Of a DNA stretch of 64,000 bases, positions 1 through 11,952 are shown piece by piece. The position numbers were made by a program, and so were the translations under genes. This DNA comes from Zootoca vivipara (taxonomy: Eukaryota): contig NC_083277.1 of NCBI RefSeq assembly GCF_963506605.1, forward strand, positions 62,496,001-62,560,000, written 5' to 3'. Within the stretch, counting starts at the first letter, position 1, and the number at the start of each line of letters is the position of its first letter. The notes below the pieces were generated by a model. That model saw only the letters and a program-made list of their open reading frames with translations. It was not told the origin of the DNA and did not search any database.

Positions 1-49
1 GGGGCTCAGCCAACTCCTGTAAAAGAGGTTACAGGTTACAATGTTGAGG

Positions 50-235
50 CTTCTTAGCACAGAAGGTGACGGGCATAACAGACATTTATATAACTGTACA
101 TGGCAGAAAGAATGTGGATAGGGAGACTTTTTCTCTTTCATACAATTTTTACCACCTAGAGCCATCCTGTGAAGGGTGAGAGATTCAGGACAGACAAAGG
201 GAAGAACTTACAACAGTACATAGATAGGACTTGTC
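50..235 (+). mobile_element. CR1 LINE 3' fragment (degenerate)
   Basis: gattcaggacagacaaagggaag...cttacaacag resembles the 3' end of CR1 ORF2. Confidence 0.5.
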
Positions 236-322
236 AACAACTGAGCATTATTTAGCTATAAATCCTCTCCCCCCCCCTTCAAATTTGACTGGAGTAAGAC
301 ACACCAACACATATTTTGTGTA

Positions 323-549
323 CAGTGGTACCTCTGGTTAAGAACTTAATTCGTTCCTGAGGTCCGTTCTTAACCTGAAACTGTTCTTAACCTGAGGTAC
401 CACTTTGGCTAATGGGGGCCTCCTGCTGCCGCCGCACCGCCAGAGCACGATTTCTGTTTTCATCCTGAAGCAAAGTTCTTAACCCGAGGTACTATTTCTG
501 GGTTAGCAGAGTCTGTAACCTGAAGCGTCTGTAACCCGAGGTACCGCTG
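323..549. mobile_element. Tc1/mariner (Tigger-like) MITE
   Basis: TA|cagtggtacctc...gaggtaccgctg|TA: TIRs plus a TA TSD. A sister copy lies at 9900-10141. Confidence 0.85.
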
Positions 550-794
550 TATGAGGAACAAATTTAGTATTTCCTATTCACACCAGTAGCTTTCCCTTTG
601 GTGTTTTGTCCATGCCTTCTAATTTGTTGCATCTATTATACCAACTGAATACCAACAGTGTATGGGACCAGATAGGTGCATGTGCAGCTTGTTTTTAAAA
701 AAGTTTTGATTCTACCAAAAATAAATAAATAAAATTGAGAGCGGTAGAGCAGCTCAAACATGCAAACTAGTAATAATATAATATATATGAATGT

Positions 795-1290
795 TGGCAC
801 CTGTCTCGAGAGACAATGTGGAATGCACCTCTGGGGATGAGGTCAAACCGCTGTGCTAGCAGCACTGAAGTGACCTTACTAGGGCACAAGCCTGGGCGGT
901 GTGTATGGAGGGGCTGGGCTGCCCTGGCAACAAGAACCCCCTCTTGGCCTCACTGATGTGGACCAAAGGAAAGCAGAGCAATACATTTGGCTGCAGGAGT
1001 TGCCAGAAGGAGGCATGTAAGATGCCATGATCCAACCATCTTAGCATAGCTGCCAAGTTATCCCTTTTTTTAAGGGAAATTCCCTTATGCTGAATAGGCT
1101 TCCTCGTGAGAAAAGGGAAAACTTGGCAGCTATGCATCTTAGGGACTGCACTCTGGATTTTGTGTAGGGTTTACTCCTTAGCCTTTACTTCTCCCGAAGA
1201 TGTCCTGCAAGGCAATGGAGGTTTAAGATCAGAAATTTCCTTCTCCTAGATGGCCTACCTTCCCAGCTTGACGAGCCCCATCTGCCCCTC
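795..1290. mobile_element. Old interspersed repeat (probably RTE-clade associated), interrupted by a MITE
   Basis: Recognised only by general resemblance; it hosts the 1045-1134 insertion. Confidence 0.35.
1045..1134. mobile_element. 90-bp hAT MITE
   Basis: TIR catagctgccaagtt/aacttggcagctatg with an exact 8-bp TSD catcttag. A near-identical copy lies at 54188-54276. Confidence 0.9.
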
Positions 1291-1374
1291 ATAAACAGGA
1301 TCAATGAAGAAGAAAATTTACACATCCAACATGTTAATTCCACAAGTTCCAACCACCATCACCCTCTTTCACAT

Positions 1375-1740
1375 ACATCAGCAACCTCCAGCCCATGGGC
1401 CAGATACGGCCCACGAAGGCCGTTTATCCGGCCCACAAACCACCCGGTCACCGAGCCACCCGCTCAGCAAGTCCCCAGCGTGCTGCATTAAAACTGGTGC
1501 AGTGTGGCGCGGGGACTTGCCGGGTGGCGCCGGAAATGGTGCTTACACCTGTGCAGACACTGGAAATCGCGCCTGCGCAGCTGCAGAAGCAATTTCTGGA
1601 GCTGTGGATATGCGCAGAAGCCATTTCTGGCATTCCGGACATGGGCAGCGCAGCGCTGGAAATGGTTTCTGCGCATGTCCAGCCCACGGACGATAGTCTG
1701 TGCAAATGCTCCAGCCCATGGCCAGGAAACGTTGCCGACT
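1375..1740. mobile_element. GC-rich hAT-Charlie-like non-autonomous fragment
   Basis: cagcaacct...gcccatgggccagatacggccc terminus and internal repeated ggaaat...tgcgca units. Confidence 0.55.
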
Positions 1741-2184
1741 CCTACTCTTACAGATCAAGAAGAAGTGTGCATGTACACGAAAGCTCATACCGATGACAAA
1801 CTTAGTTGGTCTCTAAAGTGCTACAGATCTAGAGTTAGCGAATGTTAGAAATTAGTAAAATGGTAGAATTTAGATAATATTTGGGACATTGGAGGGGAAA
1901 TACAGGCTGCAGCAGCTCTCCTGCACTTTGCCAAACATGGACATTCCTGGGGTTAACCTCTGCAAACTATCCTGGCAGGGCTAGTTGAGTGCAAGCCATT
2001 ATGAAACACAATGGTCAGTCATTAACACATTAAAGAAGCACCTTTGGGTCTGGGCAAAACAGAGTTGCCTTGGTTACTGTGGAGGGAGAAAGGTTTAGAA
2101 TTAAAAAAGGGGAGGGGCAGGCTGTGCCCACAGGGAGAAAAAGTGTCCTTTTACACAGAGGCTCAGAGCCAGTGTCCACAAGAG

Positions 2185-2984
2185 CAGCGTTTCTCAACCG
2201 CTGTTCCGCCGCGAGACGCTGGCTGGTGTGCCGCGATGTGCGGCGACGAGAAGGGTGATTTGCAGAACTACTGTACCTATGTGCGGAGAACCTTCTCAGC
2301 ATGGCTGCGTTTGAGCGCGCCCTTCACAAGATGGCGGCGATTCCTGTCATAACCCGCCTGCCTGCGCCGCCCGCACCACCACCACTCTCCGCTCTCTCTT
2401 TTATCTCTATGGTTCCTCCTCGAGCATCCCTTTGACTTAGTTGTCTATGGTCTTCCGCACCCAATCGAAAGCCGCCGAGCGCTCCCCCTCCCCTACTCAC
2501 CATCTCTGCAGCCGCAACCTCAGCCCAGACCCCCCAGAGAGGAAAAAGCAGCAGAACCCCCAGTATCCCAACATGCACCGCAATCTCGGGACGGCCCAGC
2601 CGGGTTCGACGGGAGGAGTGGAGCCACGTGGAAATGAAACGATGCATTTTGTAACGCATAAAAATCGCACAGGGACTCCATAGGTGCAAAGAGAAGAGCC
2701 TCTTTTGTCCAGCCAGCATCCAAACTGTCACTCTGTCAGGGAGTGAGCGGCCTCTTCGGCGAGGAGCACGTGCTGGCAGAGAAATCAGCGGCTTGTGAAG
2801 CCTTATTACAGGAGATTGCAACCAAGACAGCAATTGGCAAGTGTTTCTAAGACTTACAGTCATAATTATAGTCAATATAGGGCGGCACAGAGTTAATTTT
2901 TAAAACTTTTTTAATGGTGGTGTGCCGCGTCATTTTTTTCACGGAACAAGTGTGCCGTGGCCCAAAAAAGGTTGAGAAACACTG
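2185..2984. mobile_element. 800-bp non-autonomous hAT (Charlie/Buster) element
   Basis: TIR cagcgtttctcaacc/ggttgagaaacactg with an exact 8-bp TSD cacaagag and subterminal gtgtgccg repeats. Confidence 0.9.
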
Positions 2985-4184
2985 CACAAGAGCAGTCCAA
3001 CTGACTTCAATGATATTACTCCTAGTACACCATTAATTAACTATGAAGTCTCTTTTTCCTTAGCATAATTTTGAAATGTAACACCCCCCCCCCCCAAAAT
3101 AAAAATTATGCAGGAAACATAACCAAACAATATAAGAATAGTCAAAAAATAAGGAAGGACAAAAAATTCAGGAGTTCACTTTTGAACCATTGGCATCTAT
3201 CAGGCAAAAGAAAATAAGGATACATTACAACATGCAATGTTACATTACAAAGCACAATAACCAATATTTCAATCTTTAATGAAGATTACTCACCTTTTTG
3301 TTGGCATGTGCCTTTGACAGCTGTGTGAATGGCAGAATTCAACATGTGCAATTTCTCCTGGCATACAAATATAATGATGGAGAAAACCACACTTTTTGAG
3401 GATCTGCTTGTCACACAGCTGTTAAGGACATAGGCATTGCGCCAGAAAAAAAATGTGGTAACCTTAACAAACAGAGTCCTCTGTCAGTAAAGTTGATACT
3501 TTTTCGTTTGTCCTGCTCCTATCTACCTCAAATAAAAGCTTGCAACTTACAAAGTCAGGAGGTAAAGCTTTTCCTGGGAAGGATAACAATGGCTGAAAAA
3601 GTTTCACTTTTGTAGAGCATGATCCTGGACGTTCGTTCCAAAATCAATCCCATGGAGTCTAAATGAACTTGCAAACAGAATCAGAGAGTTGGAGGGGGCC
3701 TTTTTTGCTATCATCTAGTTCAAGGTTTCCCAAGCTTTGAGTTCATTGACCCCCTGATGAGCTTATAAAGTTGTCATCAACCCCAAACTAAAAAAAATTG
3801 GAATGTCAAGAAATATCAATATATAATCAACATTCATTAATCACCATTAGTCACCATGACCAGATATCATTTTTAAAAATAAAAAATAGGAATTTGTGAG
3901 ATGCATACTTTTTCCAGGAATAATTAAAGGAGAAGATGTGGCAAGTATTAAAGCTCCAGCAGATGGCACCAGATAGCTGTCCTTAAGCACTGTGGCATTG
4001 GAAAGTCTTGCGGTAACAAAAAAAAAATTAATCAGTTTTGCAAACTGTGCGTGGGTGTGAATATCCAGGTATCACAACCCAGCAAAGTGGGGGGGGGAAA
4101 TCAATAAGGAAGGTCAGACTGGGGTAACTGTGCCTGAAGGACCAGGTGTGCAGCCTGGGAGTCATTTTGTACTCACAGTTGTCC

Positions 4185-4568
4185 ATGCAGGCGCAGGTTA
4201 ATTCTGTATACCTGAAGGAGCATCTCCACCCCCATCGTTATACCTGGACAGTGAGAACCTGAGGTACAGTTCTGAGGGCCTTCTGGCAGTTCCCTCACTG
4301 TGAGAAGTGAAGCTACAGGCAACCAGGCAGAGGGCCTTCTTGGTAGTGGCACCCGCCCTGTGGAGCACCCGCCCATCAGATGTCAAGGAAATGAACAACT
4401 ATCAGACTTTAGAAGACACCTGAAGGCGGCCCTGTTTAGGGAAGTTTTTAATGCTTGATGTTTTATTGTACTTTTAATTTTTGGTGCAAGCCGCCCAGAG
4501 TGGCGGAGGGGGGGTGGGTATAAATATATTATTATTATTATCATTATTATTATTATTATTATTATTAT
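4185..4568 (+). mobile_element. L2 LINE 3' fragment with (ATT)n tail
   Basis: gcagagggccttct...gtggcacccgccctgtgga... is shared with the copies at 26.7, 36.0, 42.6 and 45.2 kb. Confidence 0.85.
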
Positions 4569-5095
4569 TAGTGCTTTTTCTGGGGGGACACAGGGGGACG
4601 GATACCCTTAAACATGTTGTGAATCTAAGTTTGGCCTCTTTGAGGGGCAGTATTTCAATATGAGTAGGAAAATTAGGTAAAGGGACCCCTGGCCATTAGG
4701 TCATCTGGCTTTACTGGACAAGGGAGCTGGCATACAGCTTCCGGGTCATGTGGCCAGCACGACTAAGCCTCTTCTGGTGAACCAGAGCAGCGCTCGGAAT
4801 CGCTATTTACCTTCCCGACGGAGCGGTACCTATTTATCTACTTGCACTTTGATGTGCTTTAAAACTGCTAGGTTGGCAGGAGCTGGGTACAAGCAACAGG
4901 AGCTCACCCCATCACAGGGATTCGAACCACCGACCTTCTGATTGGCAAGCCCTAGGCTCTGTGGTTTAACCCACAGCGCCACCCGTGTCCCTAACATTAG
5001 ATTAAATTAAATTAACATTAATGAAATAAATCAGATTAGATTAACATTAGGTTAAATTAAAGTGCCCCTAAACATTTTCTTAGAAAAAAGCACTG
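4569..5095. mobile_element. hAT non-autonomous element with nested Sauria SINE
   Basis: TIR tagtgcttttt/aaaaaagcactg; TSD attattat/attactat. Confidence 0.7.
4675..4991 (-). mobile_element. Sauria SINE
   Basis: Minus-strand tRNA-like head (GGTTCGAATCCC B box) and ACCTTT-type tail. Confidence 0.9.
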
Positions 5096-5124
5096 ATTAC
5101 TATACCTAGGAAGAATCTGCCTTA

Positions 5125-5248
5125 GGAGGCTTTTAATCTCAGAGTCGTGGGTTCGAGCACCACGCTGGGCCAAAGACTCCTGCCTTGCAGGGGACTGGAC
5201 TAGATGACCCTTCTGGATCCCCCCCCCCCTCTTACAATTCTATGATGC
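5125..5248 (+). mobile_element. tRNA-Lys-derived SINE with CR1-type 3' tail
   Basis: aatctcagagtcgtgggttcgagc-ccacg-tgggc followed by ggactagatgaccc...ttctatgat. Similar copies at 17.7 and 21.5 kb. Confidence 0.75.
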
Positions 5249-5249
5249 T

Positions 5250-5850
5250 ACAGAGACGTGGAATTTCTCCTCCTAGCGGCGCAAGTGTGAAGAGCGCGCC
5301 CGTCCCCGCCTTTCCGACGCCGACTCTGCCGGAGACGGCTTAGCGCGGGAGGGGGGCCGGCCAGTGGGAGGGGCGCGAGCTGGTTCGGTGGCCTTTCATT
5401 TCGCGGAGGCTGCGGAGGGAGCCGCGTCGTTCCGTTGAACAGCAGCCGGGAAGGCTTCGGAGGAAGAAGAGGAGGAGAAGGAGCCGCAGCAGCCATGCCG
5501 GTGGGTGGTGATTCCTTCGCTGGGCTGCTGGACAGCCGCGCCGTTGCCCTTTCCGGACGCAGCACCAGCCTCCCCCCACTTCCATCTGCCGTTGTCGTTT
5601 CTACTACCGGGAAAAGAAGGAGATGGACTCGCCTTCCGGGGATCCTTAATGATCGGGCCCAGTTTGAAACACGCCCGCCCTCGACCCCGTTGCGACTCGG
5701 GAGGCGCCCCTCCCGCAAAACGGGGTGACGATGTGTGCAAGGGACGGGTGCTGCTCAAGGCGCGGGGTGCTCTGCGCTGGGATCGGGGCGTTACCGGATC
5801 TGCGACTTGGCACGGGCTTCCTTTGGCGGCCTTGGTCAAGTCACTTAAGA
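5250..5850 (+). promoter_or_regulatory. ATOX1: ATOX1 CpG-island promoter / exon 1 region
   Basis: GC- and CpG-rich with no TIRs or TSD. Contains GC boxes (ccccgcc) and ETS-like ttccgg and surrounds the ATOX1 start codon. Confidence 0.85.
5495..5500 (+). CDS. ATOX1: ATOX1 coding exon 1 (Met-Pro)
   Basis: gcagccATGCCG|gtgggt lies in a CpG island with a good Kozak context. A 6-nt first coding exon matches vertebrate ATOX1 and joins in frame to exon 2. Confidence 0.93.
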
Positions 5851-6323
5851 AATGCTGGCTGTAAAGAGAGTATCGTCGTTATTATTATTAGTTTCCTAAT
5901 ATTTATATACAGCTTGATCGTAGGAAAAAACAACCTCCAAGCAGTTTTAGGGTACTGTGGGCATAGTCAGGATGGTGCGGGGGGGCAGCTGCCCCCCCAA
6001 ATCCAGTAAATAAAAAAAAATACTTAACTAACTGATCAGTTGTGTTGCAGATACTGTAACTTGGTTCTGCACCCCACCCCCTAACATAAGGCCTGCTCCT
6101 ACCTCCCCAAAAATCCTGGCTTACACCCATGATGTGAAGTAGAGTTGGCACCAGATTTGCAACCTGGTTTTGCCACACACGCATTATAGCGGTTCTTAAA
6201 CTGCTTCTGCTCCCTGCTGCTGTGTGTACCACCTCTCTTGATCCAGTTGTATGTCTTCCATGAGGGCCCATGGTTTGCCAAGCCAGGTAGATCACACGGA
6301 TGATGAGCTGTGCATTTTATATC

Positions 6324-6677
6324 AAGGTAAAGGTAAAGGGACCCCTAACCATTAGGTCTAGTCGCGGACGACTGGGGTTGCGGCGCTCATCTCGCGATAT
6401 TGGCCGAGGGAGCCGGCGTACAGCTTCTGGGTCATGTGGACAGCATGACTAAACCGCTTCTGGTGAACCAGAGCAACGCACGGAAATGCCGTTTACCTTC
6501 CCGCCAGAGCGGTACCTATTTATCTACTTGCACTTTGACGTGCTTTCGAACTGCTAGGTTGGCAGGAGCAGGGACCGAGCAACGGGAGCTCACCCTGTTG
6601 CGGGGATTCGAACCGCCGACTTTCTGATTGGCAAGCCCTAGGTTCTGTAGTTTAACCCACAGCACCACCCGCGTCCT
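6324..6677 (-). mobile_element. Sauria SINE (full length), ATOX1 intron 1
   Basis: aaggtaaaggtaaagggacccc ... caccacccgcgtcc; same family as 4675-4991. Confidence 0.92.
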
Positions 6678-6779
6678 TTAAATCAATTAGGGGTAAGCAA
6701 ATTAAGAGGTTCCCAATAGCGAAGAAATGGGAGCCAAAGCTGTATGTTTTGCTTCACCTGTGGGTGTGAAGGTTTAAAG

Positions 6780-6914
6780 CAGGCATCCCCAAACTTCGGC
6801 CCTCCAGATGTTTTAGACTACAATTCCCATCATCCCTGACCACTGGTCCTCTTAGCTAGGGATCATGGGAGTTGTAGGCCAAAACATCTGGAGGGCCGCA
6901 GTTTGGGATGCCTG
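6780..6914. mobile_element. Palindromic ~135-bp hAT-Charlie MITE
   Basis: TIR caggcatcccc-aaac/gtttgggatgcctg with an exact TSD gtttaaag. Confidence 0.92.
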
Positions 6915-7293
6915 GTTTAAAGTGTTTTTTATCCTTCTCTTAAGCACAAAAAGTCTCTCAAATTATAATAAAATATATACCCCAAGCCTGAGACCTTGAA
7001 CACCATCCCCTGTTGTTTTTCTTCACTGCAACCCCAATGGGTAACATCTGAGGGCAGCAACCCATTGCCTCTGAGGCTGCAGTTATGAAAAACCAAAAGC
7101 CAATCCTCGTGTTGTATTCCATGCTCACAGGATCACTTTGGGAATTGATCCCTAGGAGCTGATGTTACAACAGGACTGCTAATTTGTGTATTGCTTGGTT
7201 CTGAGTGCCTCCTTCCTTGAGCAAGGCCTGATGGTGGTATAGGATCCTGCATGCAGTGCCCCTCACATGAAAGGACAAGAATACATTTTAAAC

Positions 7294-7612
7294 CAGGGGT
7301 CAGCAACCTTTTTCAGCCATGGGCTGGTCCACCGTCCCTCAGACCATGTGGTGGGCCTGACTATATATTTGGGGGGGGGGTGAACGAATTCCTATGCCCC
7401 ACAAATAACCCAGAGATGCATTTTAAAGAAAAGGACACATTCTACTCATGTAAAAATACCAGGCAGGCCCCACAAATAACCCAGAGATGCATTTTAAATA
7501 AAAGGACACATTCTACTTATGTAAAAACACGCTGATTCCCGGACCGTTCATGGGCTGGATTGAGAAGGCGATTGCCGCATCCAGCCCACGGGCCTTAGGT
7601 TGCCTACCCCTG
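7294..7612. mobile_element. hAT-Charlie non-autonomous element with internal ~70-bp tandem duplication
   Basis: TIR caggggtcagcaacc/ggttgcctacccctg with an exact TSD ttttaaac. An inverted sister copy lies at 21274-21521. Confidence 0.9.
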
Positions 7613-9282
7613 TTTTAAACAGAGGGTGAGGATCCCTTCAAGAACATTGTGTGATCTTCAAGTGACACATTAGAGAACAACTTGAATCAAGCTCTCCTAC
7701 TTTAGTGAAAGTGTCTCTTTTGAATAAACCTTTCTGCTTCTAGCAAAGCTGGAAGTGACTTGAATCCATGGAAAGATTCTAGGGGTTTGGTCCATCTTAT
7801 GTCATCCAGTTCTGTTTGGCCCATCCCTGATAAAGAACAGATCATGTGGCTTGGATTTCAAGCCTATCTCCAGTTTCATCTTTATGAACTGTGTTTTTAG
7901 AGGTGCCAGGAAAAACTGGTTAGTAATGCAAGATCTGGCTCTTTTTTCTCCTCCCTCTTCTCCCTGCCCTCCCCCAATAGATTCCAGTAATATTACACAA
8001 TAAGCCACAGAGACATACAATTCTCTCAGGGCTGGAGTGTTTACGATGGATGAAAGTTCTGCCACAACTTTTAAACATCCTGGGTTGGGTACATACTTCA
8101 TACTATGAAGAGAAAGAGTACTATTATTAACCTGTCTACTGAGGGGTGTTGTTGTTTACTATAAAATGGCTGTTTTATAACTCAATGTTGTAAATGTCTC
8201 TTTAAAAAAGATAGTCTAGTTAAGATTGAAATACAAATTAAACACACAAATGTTTTAAGACTGAAGGAACAGCCCTCTATAAAGCAAATAGTTAAAAAAC
8301 TGTTCTTCTGCATAAACAGAGAAGCAGGAAAAATAAATATTTTGAGGCCAAACATTAATATGGCACAATAACCATTATTGTGGCCTTGGTTCTAGGACCA
8401 ATGAAGTATCTAGTCATCTCTGAACTTCATTCCAGACCCAGAAAATGCCATCCTGGCTGATCATCGACTGCATCAACCTCGATTATCTCTTTAACTGTGT
8501 TAGCTCTGCAATTTGCTCTATAGTATTTGTTTCCTATCAGTAAGGACATTTCCTTTTCATCTTATGAAAAGAAGCTGTTCACTTTTTTTGTGGGGTGGGG
8601 GGAATGGGTCCTTTGTTGTCTTTAGACATTACAGATCAAGTGTGTTTTTTATTGTTCCAGATTTTAGCTACCGGTACTTTCTGTTTCTTGTGTGAAAATA
8701 CTTTCTGTTTCTGGTGTGGGGCAAAGCAGGAAAGAAAGCAAAAGTGAAAAAAGACACACACACACACACACACCCTGAAAAAGAGTCCTGTTGGATCAGA
8801 CAAATGCCTATTTAATCTAGTACCTTGTCGCTTGCATTGGCTATTCAGATACCTACCCCATGAGTAGGACTCAAAAGCAATAACTATCTCCTACTGTTCC
8901 GGTAAATAATATTCAGAAAGCAGCAATATTGTCCTAGAAAATAGTAGTGTAAATGTTCCATGTAGATGTAATATTAATTACCTAACTGTTTAGGAAATGC
9001 ATGAATTGCCAATAGAATTTCCAAAATCAGCCTTTCCCCCACCCACCTTGGTGATTTAAATTGTCTTGATTTAAATTAATGCACCCTGACTGAAGGAAAG
9101 GAGGACATCGTTTTGGCTGACAATGTATCCTTTAAAAAATATGCATCTGCAACTAGGGAGTTAAGGTCAAGCTTTGATACTAGCTTTTATTATAGTTTAA
9201 TCAAGTAGTTTTTATAACATCATTGTGCAGTTGCTCAGCGAGAGATATTTCAATGGCCTCTCCATTCTTCTTGCAATTTCAG

Positions 9283-9358
9283 AAATATGAATTCTTTGTA
9301 GACATGACCTGTGAAGGGTGCTCTAATGCCGTCACCCGTGTTCTCAACAAGCTGGGAG
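9283..9358 (+). CDS. ATOX1: ATOX1 coding exon 2 (KYEFFVDMTCEGCSNAVTRVLNKLG), HMA MxCxxC copper-binding motif
   Basis: tttcag| acceptor and |gtgagt donor, 76 nt. The translation aligns to human KHEFSVDMTCGGCAEAVSRVLNKLG. Confidence 0.97.
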
Positions 9359-9899
9359 GTGAGTGGTATCTGGCAGACCACAAGGCTCTGAACACTCAAG
9401 GGTTCTTCTTGCACTTACCATTACGCTTAAAGTATTCCTGCTTACATTGTTTGAGATGAAAAAGATCCACTTGCTGAAGGATCAGCTACTGACATTCAAG
9501 TCCTGTATTGCCTTAACGGCAGCAAATCACTATTCCTCTATTTCTATTTATTTCACAAGATTTCTGTACATCTTGATTGCAATAAAACTTCAAAGCGGTT
9601 TACAGAAAGAATAAAACCCATCAGAAAAAAAGTTAAAAGCAATTGTTTAAAATTAACAACTATTTAAAAATTGCTAATGTTAAGAGGGCTATCTTCTAAC
9701 TTGGTTTGCAGTTGTCAGTGCAGCATGCTAGAAAATCTTCCAACTCAATAGTGCATTCATCTTTGCATATCGTATTTTCATTGCATGGTTTTATAATGAT
9801 TAAATGAGCCACTTTAATGATGTGCAGCTTTTGCTTCATTCTTTGCCCTTGCTGAAGTAGCATGCAACTTCTAGAGGGCTTGCTACTTTGCTCCTAATG

Positions 9900-10141
9900 C
9901 AGTGGTACCTCCAGTTACGAACTTAATTCATTCCGGAGGTTCGTTCTTAACCCAAAACCTTTCTTAACCTGAGGTGCGCTTTCGCTAATGGGGCCTCCTG
10001 CTGCCTCCGTACCGCCAGCGCGCGACTTCCGCTCACATCCTGGGGCAAAGTTCGCTACCAGGAGCTTCTACTTCTGGGTTAGCGGAGTTCGTTACCCGAA
10101 GCGTTCGTAAGGAGAACGGTACGTAACTTGAGGTTCCACTG
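9900..10141. mobile_element. Tigger-like MITE, ATOX1 intron 2
   Basis: cagtggtacctc...gaggttccactg|TA; homologous to 323-549. Confidence 0.85.
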
Positions 10142-10809
10142 TAGAGGTTAGTTAGTTAGTCAGTAACTAAATATTGATTGTTGCTGCAATGTTTAACTTG
10201 CATCCCATGTCCCTTTGGACTGTGCAATTTCCTCTTCTAGACAGTTGTCCAGTCAACTTTATTCTGTTTACAAGATCAAATGCTTACTCCAAAACTCATT
10301 TAAATCATCAAAGCATAACTCTGGTTGCTTCTGCTCTGCAGTAGGAGAGCTGAATCTGCTGCTGTCTCTACCACCTTAGCAAAGGTCTAATCTTCTCCTG
10401 TCCTCAATGGGTGTTGGTGTCAGCATAACTGTTGCAAGACATTGAAGGTTGCCCCCACTCAAAGGATTTGCTACACATAAATTTCTTCCACATTGGGACA
10501 GAAATGAACCTCATGTGCCTCACAGTCATCTGTATTTCATTCTGTCGGCATATACTGAGAAGCTGCATGGTGCCTTTTTGTGTATATGTAACATGGTGTG
10601 TGCCTGAAGTTCCCATGTGTGATTCCATGCAGCTACCCTGATGTTACTTCCCTGTAGGAAACCACCAGCCTTGGTAATGTTCCTCCGTATAAAAAGTTGC
10701 CTTGATATAGAAAGCTAGCATGTGCAAGATGTTCTTCTTTCACGAGAACTCCTTTCAGCTGCAGACAACTGATGCAACCTTGTGCTCTACCATCAAACTC
10801 AACCATCTT

Positions 10810-11570
10810 TTATAATAATAATAATAACTAACAAATTTTTATTTATACCCCACCCTCCCCAGTCAAAACCGGGCTCAGGACGGGACACCAATAAAATTAC
10901 AATAAGACATAAAAGAAAAGAAAACAATTAAAATACAGATTAAAATACAATATTAAAATTTAAAATGCAGCCTCATTTTAAGTAGTCCATAAATCAAAAC
11001 CATGAGGGAGGAAAACACAGGGGTCAGACTGAATCCAACCCAAAGGCCAGGCGGAACAGCTCTGTCTTGCAGGCCCTGCGGAAAGATGACAAATCCCGCA
11101 TCTTTCCGCGGGTCTCCTGTGAAAGAGCGTTCCACCAAGTTGGGGCCAACACTGAAAAGGCCCTGGCCCTAGTTGAGGCCAATATAGCCACCTTATGGCT
11201 CAGGATCTCCAGAATATTGTTGTTTGTGGACCTTAATGTCCTCTGCGGGGCATACCGGGAGAGGCGGTCCTGTAAGTACGAGGGTCCTAAGCCGCATAAG
11301 GCTTTAAAGGTCAAAACCAGCACCTTAAACCTGATCCTGTACTCCACCGGGAGCCAGTGCAGCTGGTAAAGTACTGGATGAATATGATCCTGCGGCCAGG
11401 ACCCCGTAAGGAGCCTTGCCGCAGCATTCTGCACCCGCTGGAGTTTCTGGGTCAGCTTCAAGGGCAGCCCCGCGTAGAGCGAGTTATAATAATCAAGCCT
11501 GGAGGTGACCGTCGCATGGATCACTGTGGCCAGATCAGGGCGAGAAAGGTAAGGGACCAACTGCTTGAGA
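10810..11570 (-). mobile_element. L2 LINE 3' fragment, ORF2 C-terminus (antisense in ATOX1 intron 2)
   Basis: ORF 11024-11560 encodes SRLDYYNSLYAGLP...LQRVQNAAARL...LHWLPV...FKVLVLTFKAL, typical of L2. Confidence 0.92.
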
Positions 11571-11827
11571 TGTTTTCATAGCTCTTTTGATTCTTTTACC
11601 CCTGTACTCCATCTTACTATAGCTTTCTCATAGTGAAGATAACAAATTTGTAAATAAACAAGCATAAGATAAAGTACAGCCCCACCTCAACTGATGGATG
11701 TATTGCAAGATAATATAGACTATCCATTTGACATTGCCACTCATTCGAGAAGGTGGGAGAATAAATTGTGGGGAGGAGACTTCCGATTTCCAATGCTGCT
11801 CCTGTACGCTGTGTCCTTTCTTTTCAG

Positions 11828-11952
11828 GTGTTCAGTTTGAAATCGACCTGCCCAACAAGAAGGTGAATATAGACTCAGAGCACAGTGTTGACACCTTGCT
11901 GAACACCCTGAAGAAAACTGGGAAGGATGCCTCCTACCTTGGAGACAAGTAG
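11828..11952 (+). CDS. ATOX1: ATOX1 coding exon 3 (GVQFEIDLPNKKVNIDSEHSVDTLLNTLKKTGKDASYLGDK*)
   Basis: ttttcag| acceptor, phase 1, TAG at 11950-11952. The spliced CDS is 6+76+125=207 nt = 68 aa, the same length as human ATOX1. Confidence 0.97.

Noticed and set aside
2030-2875. GC-rich stretch with 183-aa and other ORFs as a possible G3BP1 first exon or promoter
   Set aside because: It lies within an 800-bp element bounded by TIRs and an exact TSD, with no protein similarity. No G3BP1 sequence is recognisable in the window.
5248-5864. Several 80-156 aa ORFs over the CpG island
   Set aside because: These are GC-content artefacts; only ATG-CCG is coding.
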